From Candidatus Jorgensenbacteria bacterium CG03_land_8_20_14_0_80_38_39 (GTDB lineage: Bacteria > Patescibacteriota > Minisyncoccia > UBA6257 > GWB1-50-10): DNA of 46,013 nucleotides. The notes below the pieces were generated by a model, which was given only the letters and a program-made list of their open reading frames with translations, was not told where the DNA came from and searched no databases. The first letter of the stretch is position 1; each line of letters begins with the position of its first letter. This document shows, piece after piece, positions 32,175 to 39,563 of the stretch. A program made the position numbers and the translations under genes. The stretch spans positions 1 to 46,013 of the forward strand of contig PEUU01000025.1 in assembly GCA_002781185.1 (NCBI GenBank). Direction: 5' to 3'.

Positions 32175-33842
32175 TTATGACCATTCAAGGGGACCGGTTA
32201 ATCTTTCTACCTCAGCCAAAGAAGTTATGCCCTGCAGCGCTTTTAGCAAGCTGTCTTCCTGCATTGTTACCATTTCTTGTTTTTTGGCGGCGGCTTTTAA
32301 ATCAATTTCTGTTGGGTTTTGGTAAATTAACTCTTCCATTTTTTGGTTAATGACAAAAAGTTCAAAAATGGAAGTTCGGCCTTTATAACCAAAGCCGCCG
32401 CATTGGTCGCAGCCCCGAGGTTCATAAATTTTAAAATTTTCTAGAGGTTTTTTATCAACGCGGCTGGGCAAATTTTTAATAAAGTTTTTAATTTTTTCGT
32501 TTAGAGATTGGTCAATCCTTTTTTCAACTTTGCAGACCGGGCAAAGGAGCCGAATTAATCTTTGGGCAATAACCAAACTTAAGGCCGGACCCAAAATTTG
32601 ACTTTTAACGCCTAAATCTATTAAACGCGGAATCGCGCCGACAGCATCGTTGGTATGAAGAGTGGAAAAAACCGTGTGGCCGGTTAAAGAAGCGTTCATG
32701 GCAATTTCCGCTGTTTCTTTGTCTCTGATTTCGCCCACCAAAACCACATCCGGGTCTTGGCGCAAAATTGACCTGAGACCGCTGGCAAAAGTATAGCCGG
32801 CGCCCGGGTCAACTTGGGTTTGAGAAATTCCAGACAAATGATATTCTACCGGGTCTTCAATGGTGATAATTTTGATTTCCGGTTTGAAAATAAACTTTAA
32901 AAAAGCGTAAAGAGTGGTTGTTTTGCCCGAACCGGTCGGCCCGGTATTTAAAATTAAACCATTGGGTTTTTTAATTTCTTTTTTGACAATTTCCAAATCG
33001 TCGGTCCGCCAGCCCAATTCTTCCAAATTAACTTTTAAAGATTCTGGGTCCAGAATTCTTAAAACCACTGTTTCGCCCCATTCCGAGGGAATAACCGAAG
33101 CTCTGATTTCAATTTCCCGACTAGTTGTTTTGATGGTAAAACGTCCGTCTTGAGGTTGGTCGTGAATGTTAAGTTTTAAATTGGAAAGAAGCTTAAGGCG
33201 AGAAATAAGGGACTGGTAAGTTTTTAGAGGAAGTTTTTCATAAGCCGAATGAAGCAAGCCGTCAATTCTTAACCGCAGGAGGCCTTTTTCTTCAGTTGGC
33301 TCTAGATGAATATCCGAGGCTTTCAAAGATAAAGAGCCGGCTAAAATAATTTCTAAAATTTGGGAAGTTAATTTGCTTTTGGATTCGTCAATCGTTTGGT
33401 TTAGAGCCGTTAAAGTTTTAATATTTTCCTGAAAGGTTTTGAGTCTTTGAGGTTCAATATCAACTTGACCGCTAATTTCTTTCCCCTCTTCAACCGCGTA
33501 TTGGTAATAATTCCAAACCGCTTTGAGACCGGAAAGGGAAGTAATAAAAATATGGAGATTATATTTTTGTTTTAAGCGAATAATTAGTTTTTGGGTTTCA
33601 GTATTTTGAGGATCAAAAGCCGCCAAAACTAAATCGTTTTTGATTGCTTGAAGCCCGGCGGCTAAACTTTTTTTAGCTTCTTCTTCGGGAATAAGGGTTA
33701 GGGCTTTAATTTCAATCGGCGTTTTGCCGCCGACCGGGTTTAAATAAGGCAAATGGAGTTTAGCTGCTCGGCGTTGGGCGTCTTGCTCTTCAGCTTTGCG
33801 CCGCTGTTTTGTTAGTTCTTCTCCTAAGTTAAAATCAGCCAT
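32175..33842 (-). CDS. GspE/PilB-family secretion ATPase (type II secretion/type IV pilus assembly)
   Basis: 555 aa. Walker A GPTGSGKTTTL, Asp box, Walker B VVLVGEIRD, His box, and a tetracysteine motif CPVC...CDQC typical of PilB/GspE. Confidence 0.85.
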   Translation of the reverse strand: MADFNLGEELTKQRRKAEEQDAQRRAAKLHLPYLNPVGGKTPIEIKALTLIPEEEAKKSLAAGLQAIKNDLVLAAFDPQNTETQKLIIRLKQKYNLHIFITSLSGLKAVWNYYQYAVEEGKEISGQVDIEPQRLKTFQENIKTLTALNQTIDESKSKLTSQILEIILAGSLSLKASDIHLEPTEEKGLLRLRIDGLLHSAYEKLPLKTYQSLISRLKLLSNLKLNIHDQPQDGRFTIKTTSREIEIRASVIPSEWGETVVLRILDPESLKVNLEELGWRTDDLEIVKKEIKKPNGLILNTGPTGSGKTTTLYAFLKFIFKPEIKIITIEDPVEYHLSGISQTQVDPGAGYTFASGLRSILRQDPDVVLVGEIRDKETAEIAMNASLTGHTVFSTLHTNDAVGAIPRLIDLGVKSQILGPALSLVIAQRLIRLLCPVCKVEKRIDQSLNEKIKNFIKNLPSRVDKKPLENFKIYEPRGCDQCGGFGYKGRTSIFELFVINQKMEELIYQNPTEIDLKAAAKKQEMVTMQEDSLLKALQGITSLAEVERLTGPLEWS

Positions 33843-34020
33843 TTATTTTAAAATAGCGGTTTTTTCTCTGATTGACAAGACCTTAGAGGTTGAATTCAAG
33901 AAGCTAACGCAACAAGATTTAATGCGCGGTTGTATCTAATAACAACACGATCGTAGTCTTATTAGATATTAAAATTACAAAGATAAACTTGCCTAGATAT
34001 TTTAAAGTTTTTTATTCTCC

Positions 34021-34049
34021 TTGACTTCTGTTTGTTGATTTGGTATAAT
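34021..34049 (+). promoter_or_regulatory. Consensus sigma-70 promoter with an extended -10
   Basis: TTGACT (34021..34026), a 17-nt spacer, then TATAAT (34044..34049) preceded by TGg. Followed by the SD taggaggg (34088..34095), 7 nt before ATG 34103. Confidence 0.65.
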
Positions 34050-34102
34050 GTGGTTAGTTAACGAACCTTGAAAATTTGGTATAAGAATAGGAGGGATTTG
34101 CC

Positions 34103-35053
34103 ATGAAAGCGCTTTTTGGTTGTTTGCTTGTCTTGGTTTTGTTCAGCAGTGGTTGTTACACTGTAACAATCCCAAGTGAAGGTGAAACTTATGAATCTTA
34201 TGATTCAACAGTTTTACAAGTTTCACAATCTGCAATCCAGTTAGGGTTTTGGTGTTGCCCAAGTTACTGGAGTTACCAGTACCCTTACTATGGCTATGCT
34301 CGGGGGTATTGGTGGAACGGCTGGCCAGGGGGTTCATATCCTCTGTATAGAGGATATGGATACGCTAATGGCTGGCTCTGGCATAATGGTTGGCCAGTGG
34401 CTTGGAGTGGCTACGGTTACGGCTACGGTTACGGCTACGGATATCCTTATGCCTATGGATCTGTCCTGAGCGGAGCGAATGGATGGGGCGATTGGGATAA
34501 CCAGAACTGGTTTGACCAAAGTCGCTGGCGAACAAGAAATTTCGGCGCCACTCGCGGTAGCGGCTTAAGAGGAACTGATCGTGCTAGCGCAGGAAGCGGC
34601 AGTTCTTTTACTGGAGAGCGAGCTTCTCGCCCGGGTTCAACTCGGAGCGGTTTTTCTAGCCCAAGTTGGGGTAGGACTAGAGAGCGAGCACGAGCAGTTG
34701 AAGTGGCTAAGTCATCGCGACCTTCAAGGACAGAAACTACTAGAACTTCGCCTCATAGAGGTCGTAACGGCACGGTGCGTCAGCAGCCCGGTGCTCAGTC
34801 ACAGAAACCAGAAATCAGGTCACCTCAGAAGCCGCGGGATGAACGTAATCGCCAGCGGGATTACCGGAATTATTCTCCGAGTCATTCCTCCGGTGACAGT
34901 CGTTCAACTAGCGGCCATCCAGCTTATTCTCCGCCGAGCTATCCCCGTTCTTCAAGCGGGCGCCCAAGTTATTCACCGACACCGAGGAGTAATTCGGGTC
35001 GGAGCGCTCTCTCAACACCAAGAGGAAGTTTGGGCTTTACTCGCCGGCGATAA
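34103..35053 (+). CDS. Low-complexity putative lipoprotein: W/Y/G-rich N-half, R/S/P-rich C-half
   Basis: Signal peptide with a lipobox-like sequence, MKALFGCLLVLVLFSSGC. The (GY)n run GYGYGYGYGYGYPYAYG is encoded by ggctacggttac repeats (34408..34443). The C-half contains SR/RS/YSP motifs. Visibly GC-richer than its flanks, with a strong promoter, SD and terminator. Confidence 0.6.
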   Translation: MKALFGCLLVLVLFSSGCYTVTIPSEGETYESYDSTVLQVSQSAIQLGFWCCPSYWSYQYPYYGYARGYWWNGWPGGSYPLYRGYGYANGWLWHNGWPVAWSGYGYGYGYGYGYPYAYGSVLSGANGWGDWDNQNWFDQSRWRTRNFGATRGSGLRGTDRASAGSGSSFTGERASRPGSTRSGFSSPSWGRTRERARAVEVAKSSRPSRTETTRTSPHRGRNGTVRQQPGAQSQKPEIRSPQKPRDERNRQRDYRNYSPSHSSGDSRSTSGHPAYSPPSYPRSSSGRPSYSPTPRSNSGRSALSTPRGSLGFTRRR

Positions 35054-35060
35054 TGTTTTT

Positions 35061-35110
35061 ACTCCGTTGTTTGAGTTTCGACTCGGCAACGGAGTTTTTA
35101 TTTTTTCTTT
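35061..35110 (+). terminator. Rho-independent terminator of the lipoprotein gene
   Basis: ACTCCGTTG-ttt-GAGT-TTCG-ACTC-gg-CAACGGAGT (a two-tier stem with a UUCG tetraloop), followed by tttttatttttttctttt. Confidence 0.7.
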
Positions 35111-35145
35111 TGCCCGCTTAGTTTAAAGTGATTTAGATAAAATTT

Positions 35146-35172
35146 TTAGATAGATTAGATAGATTAGATAGA
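35146..35172. repeat. Tandem 9-mer repeat (ttagataga x3)
   Basis: Three perfect head-to-tail copies. A related atttagataa lies at 35131..35140. Confidence 0.8.
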
Positions 35173-35200
35173 CAGCAAAAAAACAAAGAAAAAATCTTAT

Positions 35201-35234
35201 CCTCAATCTTGTATCATATGATACAAGATTGAGG
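35201..35234. repeat. Perfect 34-bp palindrome
   Basis: cctcaatcttgtatcat|atgatacaagattgagg is perfectly self-complementary. It lies downstream of the already terminated lipoprotein gene. Confidence 0.85.
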
Positions 35235-35279
35235 ACAGTCATTTTTATCTTATTTTACTCTATCGTCTATTCTATTTTG

Positions 35280-35367
35280 TTCTTCCACTGTGGTTGAACT
35301 ATTTTATTTTACTCTTTCATTTTTCAATTGGACTATTCTATTTATTCTTCCATTGTGGTTGGACTAT
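35280..35367. repeat. Pair of 23-nt direct repeats upstream of yidC
   Basis: ttcttccactgtggttgaactat (35280..35302) and ttcttccattgtggttggactat (35345..35367) match at 21 of 23 positions. The surrounding ~60-nt units also resemble each other (ttttactct...tattctattt). Confidence 0.75.
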
Positions 35368-35414
35368 GAAGAAAATAACTTGGCTTTTTTCAAAGAAATC
35401 ATTAGAATAAAGCA

Positions 35415-36113
35415 ATGGCTTATTTGTATCAAACTTATATTTATCAGCCGATTTTACAAGCTTTAATTTTTATTTACCATAATTTAGCTTTTCACGATTT
35501 AGGGCTGGCAATTATTATTTTGACGACTTTAATCAGAATAATTCTTTTGCCCTTGTTTTATAAAGGCGCCAAAGACCAAACTTTGCTTCAGCGACTTTCT
35601 CCTCAAATTAAAAAAATTCAGGGTGACCATAAAGACAATAAAGAAAAACAAGCCAAGGCCTTAATGAATTTTTACCGCGAGCATCGGGTTAATCCTTTTT
35701 CCGGAATTTTGCTTTTAATTTTGCAGCTCCCGATTATTATCGCCTTATATCAAGTCTTTTTGAAAGGTTTGTCAGCGGAGATTTTTGGCAATCAAATGTT
35801 TTTGGGTCTGATTAATTTAGGGCAAAAAAATCTTTGGCTGGCTGCTTTTGCCGCTTTAATTCAGTTCTTTTACGGTCGGCTTTCAATGGCTCCTCAGCCG
35901 GCCGGTCAATCAGGACAAGCAGTTAATCAAAAAACCGCTTTTAATCCTCAAGCCTCAGTAACCAAAATGATGACTTGGATGGGTCCATTTTTGACACTTT
36001 TTATTTTGGTTTCTTTGCCGGCTGCCATTGGCTTGTACTGGGGAATTTCCACGGTATTTTCCTTGGCTCAGCAACTGGTCATTAATAAAAAGATTCATCA
36101 GCAATTTAAATAA
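35415..36113 (+). CDS. yidC: Membrane protein insertase YidC (short, Gram-positive-like form)
   Basis: 232 aa. Has the conserved R in TM1 (TTLIRIILLPL), the KMQxLQPxxxxIQ-like QRLSPQIKKIQ, NPFSG, and the C-terminal LPAAIGLYW. Confidence 0.9.
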   Translation: MAYLYQTYIYQPILQALIFIYHNLAFHDLGLAIIILTTLIRIILLPLFYKGAKDQTLLQRLSPQIKKIQGDHKDNKEKQAKALMNFYREHRVNPFSGILLLILQLPIIIALYQVFLKGLSAEIFGNQMFLGLINLGQKNLWLAAFAALIQFFYGRLSMAPQPAGQSGQAVNQKTAFNPQASVTKMMTWMGPFLTLFILVSLPAAIGLYWGISTVFSLAQQLVINKKIHQQFK

Positions 36114-36122
36114 ATTAAGTTT

Positions 36123-36557
36123 ATGGAAAATTCTTCAGAAAAAATAAAAACCTTAATTAATTTAATGGGATTTCCCGAGGCCGAAGTTTTGATTGATAAA
36201 GAACATCGGCGGATTTCCCTTTTAATAGAAGACGAACTGGTCAACAAAAAAATTCCCTGGCTTTTGCCGCCCCTGGAACTTTTAATCAATTTAATTATTA
36301 AAAAAGAAGGAGAACCATTTAATTTTTCCCTTGACCTTAATTATTATCGCAAGGAAAGGGAAAGATTAATTGTGGAACTGGCTCGGGCCGCGGCTCATAA
36401 GGCAATGTTGACCAAGCAGTCGGTTGAATTGCCGCCAATGAATGCTTACGAAAGGCGTTTGGTTCATTTGGAAATTGCCACTCATCCTTCGCTTAAAACT
36501 GAAAGCCTTGGTCAGGGGAAAGAACGCCATGTGGTCATCAAACACTTGGAAGAATAG
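36123..36557 (+). CDS. Jag/KhpB-type R3H-domain RNA-binding protein
   Basis: R3H motif region ERRLVHLEIATHPSLKTESLGQGKERHVVI. Canonical position directly after yidC. Confidence 0.8.
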   Translation: MENSSEKIKTLINLMGFPEAEVLIDKEHRRISLLIEDELVNKKIPWLLPPLELLINLIIKKEGEPFNFSLDLNYYRKERERLIVELARAAAHKAMLTKQSVELPPMNAYERRLVHLEIATHPSLKTESLGQGKERHVVIKHLEE

Positions 36558-36572
36558 ATGTTATTCAAAATA

Positions 36573-36614
36573 AAAAATTAAAAACCAAAAATAAAAAATA
36601 CAAAAAACACAAAC
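36573..36614. repeat. Left arm of an A-rich inverted repeat bracketing the four-helix-bundle gene
   Basis: aaaaattaaaaaccaaaaataaaaaatacaaaaaacacaaac resembles the reverse complement of 37027..37066 (aaaaatgaaaaaccaaaaaccaaaaactaaaaacataaac). Low complexity, so chance similarity is possible. Confidence 0.5.
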
Positions 36615-36632
36615 GCAAAAATGTAAAAATTT

Positions 36633-37019
36633 ATGGTTGATAGAAAAAATCTAAAGCGAGAATTTAAGCTCAGAATTTATCGCTATGTGATACGACTTTT
36701 AAAATTTTTAGTTAAATTACCAAATGAGCCGGTAACCCGCGAAATTAAAAGTCAACTGACCAGAAGCGGCACATCAATTGGCGCAAATTATTTTGAAGCC
36801 GAAGGAGCCAGTTCTAAAAAAGACTACTAGAATTATTTCGCCATCGCCTTAAAATCAACTAATGAATCAAAATTTTGGTTGGCTGTTTTGAAAGATAGCA
36901 ATTTACTACCAGAAGAATTAAAATCAGAATCTGAACATCTTTTAAAAGAAACGGGTGAAATTGCTAACATTTTTGCCTCAAGTATTTTAACTATGAAAGG
37001 TAAAAGAAAAATTTTTTAA
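36633..37019 (+). pseudogene. Four-helix-bundle protein (23S rRNA IVS-protein family) interrupted by an in-frame TAG
   Basis: The first part, ...LTRSGTSIGANYFEAEGASSKKDY, stops at TAG 36828..36830. The same frame continues NYFAIALKSTNESKFWLAVLKD...GEIANIFASSILTMKGKRKIF to TAA 37017..37019. Both halves together match the family pattern and the ~125-aa length. Confidence 0.7.
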
Positions 37020-37026
37020 GTTTTTA

Positions 37027-37066
37027 GTTTATGTTTTTAGTTTTTGGTTTTTGGTTTTTCATTTTT
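37027..37066. repeat. Right arm of the inverted repeat bracketing the four-helix-bundle gene
   Basis: gtttatgtttttagtttttggtttttggtttttcattttt; see the left arm at 36573..36614. Confidence 0.5.
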
Positions 37067-38188
37067 CTAGTATCCGCCTAAAGGAAATTCGTAAAGATAA
37101 TTGTCGTAGCGATTGATAAAGTAAAGGACGCCGTCCGGCGTAATTCTTGCGTTTGTTGCGTCAATAGCCGGAATGTTTTCTTGGCTGCTCATAAAAATTT
37201 GATTCATATCGCCACTTTCTAAATCATTGACAAATAAAGCGTCCAAAGAATAAGTTTTGCGAGAAAAATAATCATCAGGCAAAGTTGAATCCGGCAGAGT
37301 TAAGGATGAAGGGACAAAACAATAAATCGTGTTTAAATAACTGTCGCATTTTTGAGGAAAAGTCGGCGGCAAAGAAAATTGCTTTTGGTTATTAATGGCG
37401 AAAAACCGGTAAGGCAGACTGTATTTGAATAAATATTGATTGTCCTGGCTATGATAGAGCATTAAACCCAATTCCGGACCATAAAGGGTTTGAAAAGATA
37501 AGGTTTTCAAATCAAGTTTCCAAACTTTGCCGCGGTAAGAAGCCGAGGGCTTTTCCATAATTAAAAGTTGGTCGGGCGCTTGCCATTTTAAATCAATGTC
37601 TTTGAAGCGGAAGTCGCTAATAATAATTTTTATTTTCGGCGGCGAGCTTTGAAGGTCAATATTGGCAAGGCTGATATTTTGTTGATTTTTTACGAGACCA
37701 ATAAGATTATGGTCTGAATCTGCCCAAGTAGCTTCTAATAAATCCGCAGGCAGAGGCCGCCAAGTCCGGTCATTAATATCAAAAATTCCCCATTGGGGTT
37801 GGCGAGGGTCGCCAAAAGCCATTAAAATTTCTTGAGCGCTAGGCGAGGGAATAATGGAATTAATGGCGGAAAAAGTTTGGGAAGAATAAAGAATGTCTTC
37901 TCCGGCTTTGGCATTATAAACTTCTCCTTTGGGGGTTAAATAAAAAATTTCTTCGGTTTCAGGAGAAAGCCAATAATTAAAAATTGGCCGGTCAGAAATT
38001 TTTTGAGGAGCCGGTTTATTTGCCTCTGTTGGCTGAATTGAACCTGGAGTTTGGATTGAAGGAGGCGAAATTATTTTTTTAGGCGTGGAAATTTGTCCCC
38101 AGAGCCAATAAACAGTTACAGCCAGAACCACTATTATCGCCAAAATAATTAAAATTTTATATAAAGGTTTCATAATTAGTTGGTGCAA
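37067..38188 (-). CDS. Signal-anchored extracytoplasmic protein; last gene of the T4SS-like operon
   Basis: 373 aa. One N-terminal TM helix (ILIILAIIVVLAVTVYWLW), then a beta-rich domain with a propeller-like feel. The start overlaps the upstream gene by 13 nt. Confidence 0.5.
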   Translation of the reverse strand: MHQLIMKPLYKILIILAIIVVLAVTVYWLWGQISTPKKIISPPSIQTPGSIQPTEANKPAPQKISDRPIFNYWLSPETEEIFYLTPKGEVYNAKAGEDILYSSQTFSAINSIIPSPSAQEILMAFGDPRQPQWGIFDINDRTWRPLPADLLEATWADSDHNLIGLVKNQQNISLANIDLQSSPPKIKIIISDFRFKDIDLKWQAPDQLLIMEKPSASYRGKVWKLDLKTLSFQTLYGPELGLMLYHSQDNQYLFKYSLPYRFFAINNQKQFSLPPTFPQKCDSYLNTIYCFVPSSLTLPDSTLPDDYFSRKTYSLDALFVNDLESGDMNQIFMSSQENIPAIDATNARITPDGVLYFINRYDNYLYEFPLGGY

Positions 38189-38874
38189 ATTTTTAAATCA
38201 TCATCATAAAGTTTCTCAGTCTTGTCAGTAATCTTTTCTGGCAAGTCAATTTGTTTGAAAAGATAACATAAAATAGTAAAATTGCCTTTGGTTAGAGAAA
38301 AAGGAATAAAATGAGGGCCGGTGTCAGGAGTAGAAACGGAGCCAGTTCCGTAAAACAAGTAATAAAAGTATTTAGTGCCTTTGTGGTCAGTCCAGTTTAT
38401 TTTTTTGCACTTAGCGAGTGTTTCTTGAAAATCTTTATAATCATCGCCGCAGATAGCCCTAGAAGTGGTAGTAGCAATAGGCTGTGTTGAGGTGACCCCG
38501 CTGATTTGCAAAGTCACCAACTGGGGATTAATTGTTGTTAAGATTAAATAAGCGCCAAAAAGAAGAAGCAAGCCCCAAAGAGCTGAATAGATTCTGCCCA
38601 AAGCGTCTCTTTTTTTATCCGGCGAAGCGGCAGACATAACCGCGTATTGGACAGCGCCGAAAACAATCATTACCAAAGCCAGCATTCCGACAATGCCCAA
38701 GCCGAAATTGTAAAGGCCCTGAATATAAGTGAAAAGATAATTAGGGTTTTGCTTGAGAATTTCAGGAGTGACGTCGGGGAATGTAGATGTAGCCGCTTGA
38801 GCTTGGTTTTTTATAGCCAAAAATGTCCCCCAAAGAAAAAAATTAATAATTAAAAATATAACAATTTTTTTCAT
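38176..38874 (-). CDS. VirB2/TrbC-like T4SS pilin candidate with a Cys-containing C-terminal extension
   Basis: Signal peptide ending AQA|AT. Two hydrophobic helices separated by a short polar loop (GIVGMLALVMIVFGAVQYAVMSAASPDKKRDALGRIYSALWGLLLLFGAYLILTTINPQL), which is the VirB2/T4SS-pilin topology. About 100 extra C-terminal residues with 4 Cys. Confidence 0.5.
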   Translation of the reverse strand: MKKIVIFLIINFFLWGTFLAIKNQAQAATSTFPDVTPEILKQNPNYLFTYIQGLYNFGLGIVGMLALVMIVFGAVQYAVMSAASPDKKRDALGRIYSALWGLLLLFGAYLILTTINPQLVTLQISGVTSTQPIATTTSRAICGDDYKDFQETLAKCKKINWTDHKGTKYFYYLFYGTGSVSTPDTGPHFIPFSLTKGNFTILCYLFKQIDLPEKITDKTEKLYDDDLKICTN

Positions 38875-39563
38875 TGACTCAGATAAAAAGTTAAACTTGT
38901 TTCCTGAGGCGGAATTAAAGGACTGGTTTTGTTTTCCACCCCGGCGCCGATTCTAAAGCTATTATCAGTATTAGCCCAATCTTTGCTTACAGTTAAAATC
39001 ACCGGATTTTGGTTGTTTAATTCTTTTTGAAAATGAAGATTAATTTTCCAGAAGAAATTAAAATCCTGAAAATTGTTAGCATTGAAAAAATAAGGAACAG
39101 AACGAAGAACTATTTGTTCCCCTTCTTTAAAAGTTTTGATTGGCGAAGGGTAATCAATAATTACTTGAGGTTCAGCAATATTAACGCTGACGCTGTTGCC
39201 GTAATTGTTTTGTTCCAGTTGAATCTCCGTTCTCACTAAATAAGGGCCGAGCCAGTTTACCGGGACATTAATTAAAATTTCTTTTAAGCCAATTCCCCGA
39301 TTAAAATATTTATTGTTAACATACCAAAGAAAGTCCGCCTTGCTGATGTCAATAATTTTATTATCTTTTATTAATTCGGCGCTTACTAAAATTGGAGTCA
39401 TCGGCGTGGCTAGGGCTTTTAAGGGGTAATCAGCGGGGAAATAATTATTGGCTTGCCAGGTTAAAATGACTTGAGTTGAAGGTTCGGAAGTTTGGGCTTT
39501 GGCTTGAACCAACAATCCCAGAGAAATAATGATTATGATAAAAGTTAAAATTTTCTTTTTCAT
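38871..39563 (-). CDS. Secreted hypothetical protein in the T4SS-like operon
   Basis: 230 aa. Signal peptide MKKKILTFIIIIISLGLLVQAKA. 4-nt overlaps on both sides. Confidence 0.5.
   Translation of the reverse strand: MKKKILTFIIIIISLGLLVQAKAQTSEPSTQVILTWQANNYFPADYPLKALATPMTPILVSAELIKDNKIIDISKADFLWYVNNKYFNRGIGLKEILINVPVNWLGPYLVRTEIQLEQNNYGNSVSVNIAEPQVIIDYPSPIKTFKEGEQIVLRSVPYFFNANNFQDFNFFWKINLHFQKELNNQNPVILTVSKDWANTDNSFRIGAGVENKTSPLIPPQETSLTFYLSQ

Noticed and set aside
34143-35126. Alternative-frame ORFs over the GC-rich gene: 34581..35126 (+), 34143..34337 (-) and 34334..34519 (-)
   Set aside because: GC-rich, repeat-rich sequence naturally keeps several frames open. Only the 34103..35053 frame has the promoter, SD, signal peptide and terminator arrangement. 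The choice of frame should still be verified by conservation.
35146-35367. The tandem and direct repeats upstream of yidC as a CRISPR array
   Set aside because: The repeat units are 9 nt head-to-tail, or two 23-nt copies only. There is no repeat-spacer periodicity and no cas genes in the window.
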